A DNA stretch of 64,000 bases, taken from IMG/VR virus record IMGVR_UViG_3300005805_000051, positions 32,001 through 96,000 of that record; one strand, 5' to 3'. The translations under genes were made by a program, and so were the position numbers. A model generated the notes under the pieces. That model saw only the letters and a list, made by a program, of their open reading frames with translations, searched no databases and had not been told where the DNA came from. This document shows, piece after piece, positions 38,747-47,130 of this stretch; positions within the stretch are counted from its first letter, which is position 1, and each line of letters starts with the position of its first letter. The DNA is from a virus.

Positions 38747-39322
38747 TCAGATTCGCGCAGCAAACAGTTGCTGACTGATGTGCCACATTGCAATTCCCGC
38801 CGCAGTAGAAACATTCAGGGAGCGCACAATCCCTTGCTGTGGAATGGAATAGCACGGTTCCTGCTGACGAATCTCTGCGGGGATCCCGTGGTCTTCTGCA
38901 CCGAAGACGAGACAGAGCGGATGATAGCGCGTGATGTCTAGTGTATGCAACGCGTGGCCACCCTGTTCAATCAAGACGGGCGTGTAGCCATTCACACGAA
39001 TCGTCTGCAATACCGCGTCCCAATCCAGCGTATCGGTGTCCGTCGTCACATCATAGGGCAGCACATCAATATAATGATGCGCGCCGACCGTGGAACGACG
39101 ATCGTATTTCTTCCGACCAAAGACAAAGACTTTTTCTGCACCCATCACACATGCAGTGCGAATGATGACGCCGGCATTGAGGTCGCCGGTAATGTTAGCT
39201 AATGCAACCGCAAACGGCAACTGACGCGCGACTGCCGCTCGTTTCAGTTCCTCCAACGACAGATGCTTGTATTCATCCGCAACATTGAAGGATGTCGTTT
39301 TGATAGGGGCATCCGGATGCAT
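38747..39322 (-). CDS. SpoU/TrmH-family RNA 2'-O-methyltransferase
   Basis: NAGVIIRTA..G, LVFGAEDHGI, IPQQGIVRSLNVSTAAGI (SPOUT motifs 1-3). Confidence 0.92.
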   Translation of the reverse strand: MHPDAPIKTTSFNVADEYKHLSLEELKRAAVARQLPFAVALANITGDLNAGVIIRTACVMGAEKVFVFGRKKYDRRSTVGAHHYIDVLPYDVTTDTDTLDWDAVLQTIRVNGYTPVLIEQGGHALHTLDITRYHPLCLVFGAEDHGIPAEIRQQEPCYSIPQQGIVRSLNVSTAAGIAMWHISQQLFAARI

Positions 39323-39324
39323 GA

Positions 39325-39510
39325 TTACGACTTTTTGCTGTACAGATTCTTTGCGTTGTAGCCGGTTACGGTAAAGTTACTCGGGGCCCACTGTCGCTCT
39401 AACGGGGTACCACACGCGTCACAGTTCACCTGCTGACTGTCTGTATACGACGCAAACCAGCGTTCCTGTGATTTGACGCACGACGGACAAAAGAACACCC
39501 AAATTGGCAT
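39325..39510 (-). CDS. FmdB-family zinc ribbon protein
   Basis: MPIWVFFCPSC..CDACG. Confidence 0.75.
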   Translation of the reverse strand: MPIWVFFCPSCVKSQERWFASYTDSQQVNCDACGTPLERQWAPSNFTVTGYNAKNLYSKKS

Positions 39511-39513
39511 GGT

Positions 39514-39708
39514 TTATCTCCAGTTCACGCTCTGCCATGCGGAATAGCAGACCTTTGAACAAAAGATGTGCTTATCCCAATCCTGCGTCTTTTCGTTCAG
39601 GTATTGGTAGTTATACGGCTTGTCGTGTTTGTCGGTGTGGTTACGACCACAAAACTCGCATTCCTTATAGGCAATGCCACTCACGGTACGGCGATTTGGG
39701 TTTGACAT
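39514..39708 (-). CDS. Small zinc-finger protein (CxxC..FCSxxC)
   Basis: CEFCG...FCSKVC; SD GGAG. Confidence 0.65.
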   Translation of the reverse strand: MSNPNRRTVSGIAYKECEFCGRNHTDKHDKPYNYQYLNEKTQDWDKHIFCSKVCYSAWQSVNWR

Positions 39709-39749
39709 GATAACGATAGCTCCACGAAGATACCCTTAGTATAACAGGA

Positions 39750-40718
39750 CTACGATGCAGATGGGGAGGTTTTCTCGCGAACCTGAAGGAACGACGGCAC
39801 ATCCGACACGCGGTCATCAATCGGCAGTTCCATCGTCGGTGTGGGTGTTGATGCGGGTGGGGCTTCCACCAGTCGAATCTTGCCCGTGCGCGGCGGCGTG
39901 AGGGTGACGACTTGCGGAGATGGGGGGTCACTAGGTGCGTCAACCACCACAGGGGGAGTCCGCTGTGTAAATAAAATATTTGCGGCAATCAAGAGCATGA
40001 CCGCCATCGGGTCGAAGACGAGCATCAACAATGCAGTCAACCACACGACTGCTTGGCGAATCGTGTCGAGGTCATCACTGCCATATACGGCTTGTGCGAC
40101 ATAGCGCAACGGCCCAATATCAGCGGTTGCTTTATTGGTTTCGGTTTCTGTCGTGATGCGTTCTTTTTGTGCCGCACTGAGGTCGGCGTTAATGCGTTTC
40201 AAGTCGGCAAGTAACGCCGTGCGTCGTGCTGCGTTTTCACGCTGCACCGCAACCGCTCCTGTTGACCCGCGTAAGCGTTGTGCGGCGCCCAGTTGTGATA
40301 CCAGTTGTGATGACTGCTCATTCAACACTTTCAGTTCGGTATTGATTTGGTCGCGTTCCTGTTGCAGTTGCATTTCTCGCTGTTGGACTTCATTCAGGGT
40401 CAGTTCTGCGGTGGCAGCCACGCCTTCCGTTTCTACATGAGCGCGAGTGAGGAAGCCAAAAATGCCTAAACTGGTAATCAGCATCAGCGTTAGCGTAGCG
40501 GCATAAAAGTACGCACGCACCCCGCGTGCCGCCAAATGTCGATAGCGGTACATCCACGAGACGGCGACCAGCTTTGCGACTTCGAGCGTACTGGCGAGCG
40601 CGACCACGGGCCAGAAGGCCCCCGCATAGATGAGTGCTAAACCGAAAACGGAGAAAAACGCGGCTAGTCCTGACAGAGTAAGCCCTGTCAAGAGTGTGAG
40701 CCAAGCAAAAGGTAGCAT
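39750..40718 (-). CDS. Multi-TM coiled-coil membrane protein conserved in T4-like phages
   Basis: LEVAKLV, LMLITSLGIFGFL, GPLRYVA, VFDPMAV. Confidence 0.75.
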   Translation of the reverse strand: MLPFAWLTLLTGLTLSGLAAFFSVFGLALIYAGAFWPVVALASTLEVAKLVAVSWMYRYRHLAARGVRAYFYAATLTLMLITSLGIFGFLTRAHVETEGVAATAELTLNEVQQREMQLQQERDQINTELKVLNEQSSQLVSQLGAAQRLRGSTGAVAVQRENAARRTALLADLKRINADLSAAQKERITTETETNKATADIGPLRYVAQAVYGSDDLDTIRQAVVWLTALLMLVFDPMAVMLLIAANILFTQRTPPVVVDAPSDPPSPQVVTLTPPRTGKIRLVEAPPASTPTPTMELPIDDRVSDVPSFLQVREKTSPSAS

Positions 40719-40726
40719 ACTGGTAT

Positions 40727-41353
40727 TTATCCTTTGGTTTCTTTGGCTTCCTTAGTTTCTCTCCAACGTCTCCATCGCTCCCGCATTTTTTCTCGCGCCC
40801 CCTCGCTGTGTTTTTTGCCTTTGAATGGATTGTTCGTTAGCATTCGTTGTCTATTCTTTTCAGTGAACGATTTAGGCATTTTTTTATTTCGCTGGCTTTC
40901 CGAACGACGAGCGCAGGCTTCCGGGGACATATCGTAGGTTCTGTTTCGGTTAGAAATAGATAGTCTCGCTCGATGTTCTTCTGTAAAGATACGGTTTTTG
41001 AGTTTTTCTCGTCGTTTTAATTCTGCATCAGGGCGTGTTTTTAAATATTGCTGGAGGTATAACCAGCCATGCTCACCCCCATCCGTCATATTGTAGCCTA
41101 ATTCTTTTGTATTGAGGGTAGCTATCCAATACATTTCACGGTCATTTACTTCTTCGGGGGTTGTCTCTTCTAAAACGGTATGAGTAAAAACCTCAGGGCC
41201 GTATTTACGAATGGCCTTATGAAGATATGCAGTAGAACCTTGACGCGCAGATTTACAATGTCCCGACCATCGTTCATGTAGTTTAGAACGCGTCTGCCCG
41301 ACGTATTGTTTTCCGTTGACAGTATTGGTGAGAAGATAGATAATAGCAGACAT
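40727..41353 (-). mobile_element. Free-standing GIY-YIG homing endonuclease with NUMOD3-like motifs
   Basis: IIYLLTNTVNGKQYVGQT..H..AIRKYG..E..GYNMTDGG; GKKHSE..REKM; AT-richer than flanks. Confidence 0.9.
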
Positions 41354-41450
41354 GACAGCCTCCTTGATAGGTTGTTGATGTTAAGGGCAGTGATGAGTTG
41401 GCGCTCATCACTGCCTGTTTTTATTTAGGAATCTGCGTGGTTACGCATTT

Positions 41451-41726
41451 CTATTCACTATAAGCGTATCCGCATACTTCACAAACCCAAAGCCGACCCT
41501 CTTTATACATATTCCCACCACACTGCGGGCAGATGCGGTACTGGTTGCCGTCCTTGTCGGTAAAGGTCTTTTCGTGCGAGGATTTCTCGTCGCCGCTCGG
41601 ATTTAGCGGATCTTTCGGCTTTGATTCTTTCTTCGACGAGTTCTTGTCCTGCGACTGCTGGAACGCGACCGCAGGAGTCGCAGCGAAGAGAAGGGAACCG
41701 GTGAGGAATGAACGACGCGTCATCAT
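41451..41726 (-). CDS. Small protein with a Tat-like signal and C-terminal zinc ribbon
   Basis: MMTRRSFL..AVA; CPQCGG..CEVCGY; AAGGAG SD. Confidence 0.65.
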   Translation of the reverse strand: MMTRRSFLTGSLLFAATPAVAFQQSQDKNSSKKESKPKDPLNPSGDEKSSHEKTFTDKDGNQYRICPQCGGNMYKEGRLWVCEVCGYAYSE

Positions 41727-41748
41727 AGACAGAACTCCTTGTGCGTAT

Positions 41749-43035
41749 TTATCCGACAATCGTAAACCATCCCATTTGTGCAATGGCATTGATGTTTGAG
41801 TCGGGACGAATAGTCAAAGTATAAACTTCCGAGGTGCCGTTGATATAGCGACCGATTTGGTTACGAAGGTCTTGCGCCGTACCAATATTTAACGGCTGTC
41901 CAGCGGTCGCATACCCTGACGCGATTTCTGTGCCTCCCGATACTGCGGTAGCATTGGTATCAAAATCCACCGTACCATTTGGGTGATATTGAAATCCTGC
42001 ATTAGTCAGGGTCGGATTTCTCAACACTCGATACAACAGATTTTTGTCTTTGTTTGTGCTGTCAATCGCAATATCTGCTTGCGACAACACCACCACCGCA
42101 TCGAGGGAGTTGGCATTCAATCGCACACTCACCATCGGGCGTTCCGTATTCGCGGTCGCGGCTTTATAGGTGACCCCTGTGCCGGCTGAAGTAATCGGAG
42201 AGGACGCGCTATAACCACCTTCAGAACTGACGGTAGAACAGATATGACACAGCGACGCATTACCGCTGCTTGTCGCTATCCGTGTGATTTCGTATCGCAA
42301 TGGCAATGTCGCGGTCTGCATGTACGGAAGCGTTTCCCGATTGTCATGATAAAAGGTGTGCGCCACATGGGGTACACCGTCCACCATAAATCCACACCGC
42401 ACGGCCCCGACGCCCAGCCATTCAATATCGATGAAAAAAATCTGCGTCTTGGTAATGTCGAGGGTACGCTCGCTATTGCCAGTGCCATCAAACTTGTCCA
42501 TGTTCCATGTTGATTGCGCGACACGATTTTCTACTAAAGATCCGTTCGCCCAACTGCGGACGACAAGATTCAAACTATTCGTGCTACCGCTTTGTTCAAG
42601 AAACACCCCATTATTCGGCGTAAAATAACCCACGCGTTGACGCAGGGTGGTATTTGCTGCCGCCATTGTAAAGGTGTTCAAGATATAGAGAGATTTACCG
42701 GGTTGATAAGGAAAGACTTTCGTCGTTTCGTAGATGGTTTGGTCGTTGTTCGCGCCGGTGACGGTCAGTATCACACTACTGGAGTTTTGATTGTAGGTTT
42801 TTGTTGCACTGCCGGATGTATTCGCATCCCACTGGGGGCCTTCCGTATAGCGGTGCTGACTATCAAATAAGGTAAACGGCTCGGCAACACGCATGCGACC
42901 AAACGCATCGACCATCATGCCTTGCGGATTGGCGGGATTAGGAATAACTTGTCCCCACCGGTCGGCAATCATCACCACTTCATAGCGTGTGCCGGGTTGT
43001 CCGAGTTGTTTGGTATCAACGCGATATTGTGCCAT
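41749..43035 (-). CDS. Putative virion structural beta-protein
   Basis: DAFGRMRV..PFTLFDS, YQPGKS, QRVGYF, DIEWLGVGAVRCGF, LPLRYEI, STVSSEGGY. Confidence 0.65.
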   Translation of the reverse strand: MAQYRVDTKQLGQPGTRYEVVMIADRWGQVIPNPANPQGMMVDAFGRMRVAEPFTLFDSQHRYTEGPQWDANTSGSATKTYNQNSSSVILTVTGANNDQTIYETTKVFPYQPGKSLYILNTFTMAAANTTLRQRVGYFTPNNGVFLEQSGSTNSLNLVVRSWANGSLVENRVAQSTWNMDKFDGTGNSERTLDITKTQIFFIDIEWLGVGAVRCGFMVDGVPHVAHTFYHDNRETLPYMQTATLPLRYEITRIATSSGNASLCHICSTVSSEGGYSASSPITSAGTGVTYKAATANTERPMVSVRLNANSLDAVVVLSQADIAIDSTNKDKNLLYRVLRNPTLTNAGFQYHPNGTVDFDTNATAVSGGTEIASGYATAGQPLNIGTAQDLRNQIGRYINGTSEVYTLTIRPDSNINAIAQMGWFTIVG

Positions 43036-43050
43036 GCTCTATCTGACCCA

Positions 43051-43452
43051 CTAAAACAAATAATCTTGCGAGAACTTGAAGTCCGCACGAAACTTCATCG
43101 TCGTCTTGTCGATAGGACTGAGTTCGCCATTCACGAGCAAGTCGCCGATTTTGCGTGTCTCATCGGTGACCGAATACAACGGAAAGGTCATTCGCACCAT
43201 TTTGTCGGTTTGATGGACAACATCCGAGGGGTTACCCATTAGATATCCATAGGCGCGCAAAACATCTTGAATCTTGTTTGCCGCAGTACTCAACCCCATG
43301 ATACCTTTGGTCGCCACGAACGGCGTGAGACTATCGCGTTCGCCTGCATCGATCCCGGCAAGACGCAACGCCCCAAGCAGATTAGATAGATCAACGGTCT
43401 GCGGTGCGCCGGGTTCCGAGGCTTCTTTGAGGTAATGACGGAACGTCTTCAT
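43051..43452 (-). CDS. Hypothetical protein with a capsid-targeting-like N-terminus
   Basis: MKTFRHYLKEA. Confidence 0.7.
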   Translation of the reverse strand: MKTFRHYLKEASEPGAPQTVDLSNLLGALRLAGIDAGERDSLTPFVATKGIMGLSTAANKIQDVLRAYGYLMGNPSDVVHQTDKMVRMTFPLYSVTDETRKIGDLLVNGELSPIDKTTMKFRADFKFSQDYLF

Positions 43453-43494
43453 ATAGGTATGTAGGAGAACCCCACGGATTCTCGGTTACGCGCC

Positions 43495-43584
43495 TCACTT
43501 CTTGGGCGTTTTTGTTTTTTTCAGCACTTCATTTTTAATAGGTTGAGGGCTGATTCCAGAAATAAATTGGTTAAAACTTAACAT
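43495..43584 (-). CDS. 29-aa ORF, possibly a remnant (MLSFNQFISG...)
   Basis: Manual translation; AGGA upstream; the N-terminus resembles the other CTS-like starts. Confidence 0.35.
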   Translation of the reverse strand: MLSFNQFISGISPQPIKNEVLKKTKTPKK

Positions 43585-43592
43585 GACGCATC

Positions 43593-44182
43593 CTAATGTT
43601 TTAATTTTAAGTGTATTTTTAAATTACCCGCATCAAAAAAGCGGTCGCAAAAAGGACAAGGATGCTTAGGTCGTAACTTTGCCGCCTCGGACATGCGTTG
43701 TTTAGTTTCTTTAGTTTTAGGTTTTCCTTTTGTCGGATGAGGTAAACCTAAATCGCGTAATTTTTTATGCATCGCTTGTCCACCTTTGACATGCCATTTT
43801 TTACGTTCTTCCTCAGTCATTTTCTTCCAAGTAGACGCGGCGCCTTTTTTCCAGCATTTTGTTGATGCTTTATGAAAAAATCGTTCCCTTGTTGACGATA
43901 ATAATCAACAGCACTATTTCCACCTATAACCATATTATAAGATTTTTTATCTTTTACTATTTTTTCGGTAATAATATTTTTTTCCATTTCAAGAAGTTCT
44001 TCTCGCGTAGCAACAAACGCGATAATTTCTTTTTGAAACTGCTCTTTGCCGTATTTTTTTATGGCCCGTTGTAACGCAATTCCCGAACCAAAATATCCGT
44101 CATTTATATTTTCTGTTGAATGTATACCCAAATAATATTTTTGGTTTACTAAACAGATTGTTTTATAAAGATAGTGTAGCAT
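43593..44182 (-). mobile_element. GIY-YIG (Seg-like) homing endonuclease split over two frames
   Basis: YLYKTICLVNQKYYLGIH..DGYFGSG..AIKKYG..YNMVIGG; the second frame carries KGKPKT..KQRMS and CPFC..HLK; very AT-rich. Confidence 0.8.
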
Positions 44183-44217
44183 ATCTTTATTTAGTAATCT
44201 GCATGTTTTGGGCTAAA

Positions 44218-45624
44218 TTATGCAGATAGTTTTTTACTTCCCCAACCCCAACGACACGACCAGTATCTGGCTTTCCATCTTGGTCCGGGATTGTCACAAT
44301 TATGTCTTGCTCTAAAATTTTTGCGTCTTTCGGGGTCGTCTCTCTTAATTTCCATATTCGGATCCCCGAAGTTGACCTTCACGACATTACCTTTGTCGTT
44401 TTTGACGTAGACCGAAAACTTCTTCGGGCCATCTGGGGTGCGGAACGGCTTATTCAGCGTGACCTTGCGTCCCTGATATTCTGCGGCTTCGCTCAGGGAG
44501 TTGATGGGCTTCATCTCAGCGGCTTCTGCAAGTGTCTCAAAGATAATATCTACGACATCCATATCGTGTTCCTTGAGTTGTGCCGTCCATGACGGGGCTT
44601 TCTTGTAGTACTGCCCGTAGACACTATCAAAATACCGAGCGAAGTGAGTGAACGAGGATTCCCACCGCTTTTCCAATGGTGCGCCCGTGGAATCAAAGTG
44701 GACGTTCTTCACTGGTCCGCGATAGACTTCGGTGCCCACTTTCCAATACCCTTTGCCATCGCTGTCGTTGAGATTCTTGGGCACCGCAAGGAGGACGACA
44801 TGCTTGCCTTGGTTGAACTCGCGCATCATCTCACGCGATTCCATTGTCGCGAGTTGGTCGTAGTAGTCAGGACGCTCCGCGAGATGATCCAATGCAATTT
44901 CCCGTGCAGTGGTGTCATCAGAGGTATGTTCGCGCTCGACCTTCATACCTTTTGCGAGCTGCTGCTCAATATGGTCAACGGTCACTTGGTGCTTTTGTGC
45001 AATTTCTTCGACACTCATCGTCGGTTTATCTAACACGGTGTGTAAACTTTCTTGCATCTCACCGGGTGTCATTGACTTGAAAATCGCAACGGATGAATCA
45101 GTGCCCCACTCGCGTTGTGACGGATCGGTCAGGTCGTAGGCTTCGTTCTTCTCGGTTTTCCATTTACCGCCGCGTTCCTTATACCATTTTGCGGCCCAGC
45201 CGTTGGCGTATGCGCTAGGATAGACATCGAAGCGTTTCTTCGCTTCCGATTTTGCGCGGCTCCACAGCGAAGGATTTGTCGGCACATTTTTTTCTGAGAG
45301 CATAGCTTCTCCGATACGATTACTGACAGGGCGTGGCGCCCCACCCGTACCTTTCCGATCGGTTACGGGGTCTTGCGCTTTCTTGCGCTTCACCGCATTC
45401 GCAATCGCTTTCTTTCCACCTTGAGCGCGAAGCTGTGCGGCTTTTTCTTTCGATAGACACTTGGGTTTGCCTTCACCTTCCCCGCCACGATCTTCCGCAC
45501 CACCGCACTTTCCGATGCGTTCACCTTTGGTGTTATAGCGATCCCAACCACCCCCACCGATGCCGCCTTCTTTGCCTTTTCCGAACCACTTACGCAAATC
45601 TTCGTCGACGGGAAATGATGACAT
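44218..45624 (-). CDS. Modular protein made of several small phage domains (DUF5661-like, DUF6321-like); candidate internal head protein
   Basis: EDLRKWF..KPKC, PTNPSLW..YPSAYANGW, GMKVEREHT..AREIALDHL..PDYY, VNFGDPNMEIK..RRKNFRARHNC..ARYWSC. Confidence 0.7.
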   Translation of the reverse strand: MSSFPVDEDLRKWFGKGKEGGIGGGGWDRYNTKGERIGKCGGAEDRGGEGEGKPKCLSKEKAAQLRAQGGKKAIANAVKRKKAQDPVTDRKGTGGAPRPVSNRIGEAMLSEKNVPTNPSLWSRAKSEAKKRFDVYPSAYANGWAAKWYKERGGKWKTEKNEAYDLTDPSQREWGTDSSVAIFKSMTPGEMQESLHTVLDKPTMSVEEIAQKHQVTVDHIEQQLAKGMKVEREHTSDDTTAREIALDHLAERPDYYDQLATMESREMMREFNQGKHVVLLAVPKNLNDSDGKGYWKVGTEVYRGPVKNVHFDSTGAPLEKRWESSFTHFARYFDSVYGQYYKKAPSWTAQLKEHDMDVVDIIFETLAEAAEMKPINSLSEAAEYQGRKVTLNKPFRTPDGPKKFSVYVKNDKGNVVKVNFGDPNMEIKRDDPERRKNFRARHNCDNPGPRWKARYWSCRWGWGSKKLSA

Positions 45625-45629
45625 AGTAC

Positions 45630-47111
45630 TTATACCCAGTCTTTTGCGTCAATATCTTTTGTCGGCCAGTTTCCATTATTTTGCACAATCATGTGTGCAA
45701 CTGACGATCGCTCACCTCCAAATGGAACTTCATGATACCACGGGTCTAAATTTTTGACGCGCTTGCCATTAGGTCCAACTACGTCAAAGTGTTTCTTTGA
45801 CCGAAGCGATACATCCGAAGCGGGCACTACTTTCCAATTCTTCCCATTGTAGACATATTCGCCCCATTGTTCTTTCCATCCGCCGGTCGGTAGTTTCGTG
45901 GGAGGTGTCTTGATAAACTTTACTGCCGCTTCTTCGCGAATGAACTGTTGAAATGCACGATTCCACGATTCGCTTGTTGAAGTTTTGGTGGTTGATGCAG
46001 ATGCTTTTGCAGGAGCCTCCGTCGATTTTTCCGCCGGTTTCTCACCCGCTTTCCCTGTACCCTCAGCACTTGCACCAACACCCTTACGCTGCAACCCGAA
46101 CTCGTCACCGAACTTATTGCTCATGTCCACGAGTTCCTCGATGTCCATGTCCACCTTGATGACCGGCACATCGACGACATCTTCTTTGCCATTCATCATG
46201 TCGTAGGTCGCAAGTGCAGCCCAACGGTGATGCCCATCCAGCACATACCCGTCCGACGACACAATCAGCGGTTGACGCAACGGATGTTCTGGCTTCTGCG
46301 TGTCAGGATTGGTCAAGAGTGCCCATGCCATACCCGCAACCTTATCCGCATTTAGCTGATTCTGCGTCGCTTTAATCTCAGTCGCGGGAAGAGTGTCGCC
46401 GGTAGTGACATCATAGCCCTTGTCTTTGAGATATTCCAAAAACGCGGGTTCTGCGTTCACTTCCATGTCCTGCGGATTTCCGCCCTTTTCCTTCGCGAGT
46501 TCGACTGCCATGTCCCATGCCTTTGACCCCTCGACCGCTTTGGTCTTGAGCTGCGGCATGGCATCGCGTGGGATTTCCTTGTTCCCCCCGCAGTAGAGAT
46601 TCGTACCCGGCACACTCACGGCGCACAGGTCAAACTCGGGGGGCTTCACCAAACCCTTTTCCTTCGCAGTCTTCTTGACGAGCTTTCCGAGTTCGTCGTC
46701 TGCGAGGTCAGGATTCTGTGACTTCAGTTCTTTCGTGAGTTGCTTGATGTTGTTGAGATAGTTGGCAGCGTGTTTGCCAAGCTGCGCCATTCGCGTGGCG
46801 AGCTTCTTCTCAATCTTCGGATTGTCACCGATGGCTTGTTCGGGTTTCTCCGGCCCGATTTCTTTCGGAACATCCGTTTGCTTCACGGTCTTCACCGCTT
46901 GCGGGTCTTGTTTTAACTGTTTGATGCCTTCGACGCCGCGAGCTTTTTGCTTTTCACGCTCAAGCTCTTGATATCGTTCTTTCGAAACATTCGGCTCAAC
47001 CAGTTCATGTTTAGCGGGATTGAATGATTTGACGGTATATCGTGCGCCGCTGGTTTTGCTTTGCACATAGTCTACTTCATTCAGTAAGTCCCATTCGAAA
47101 TCGAAGTTCAT
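45630..47111 (-). CDS. Protein with a ParB/Srx-like domain
   Basis: IKATQNQL..KV, PLIVSSDGYVLDGHHRWAA. Confidence 0.75.
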   Translation of the reverse strand: MNFDFEWDLLNEVDYVQSKTSGARYTVKSFNPAKHELVEPNVSKERYQELEREKQKARGVEGIKQLKQDPQAVKTVKQTDVPKEIGPEKPEQAIGDNPKIEKKLATRMAQLGKHAANYLNNIKQLTKELKSQNPDLADDELGKLVKKTAKEKGLVKPPEFDLCAVSVPGTNLYCGGNKEIPRDAMPQLKTKAVEGSKAWDMAVELAKEKGGNPQDMEVNAEPAFLEYLKDKGYDVTTGDTLPATEIKATQNQLNADKVAGMAWALLTNPDTQKPEHPLRQPLIVSSDGYVLDGHHRWAALATYDMMNGKEDVVDVPVIKVDMDIEELVDMSNKFGDEFGLQRKGVGASAEGTGKAGEKPAEKSTEAPAKASASTTKTSTSESWNRAFQQFIREEAAVKFIKTPPTKLPTGGWKEQWGEYVYNGKNWKVVPASDVSLRSKKHFDVVGPNGKRVKNLDPWYHEVPFGGERSSVAHMIVQNNGNWPTKDIDAKDWV

Positions 47112-47130
47112 GGAACGCTCCTCTGCGAAA

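Noticed and set aside
40727-44182. Group I introns housing the GIY-YIG genes
   Set aside because: Both sit between complete genes with their own late boxes, and there are no interrupted exons or intron core elements.
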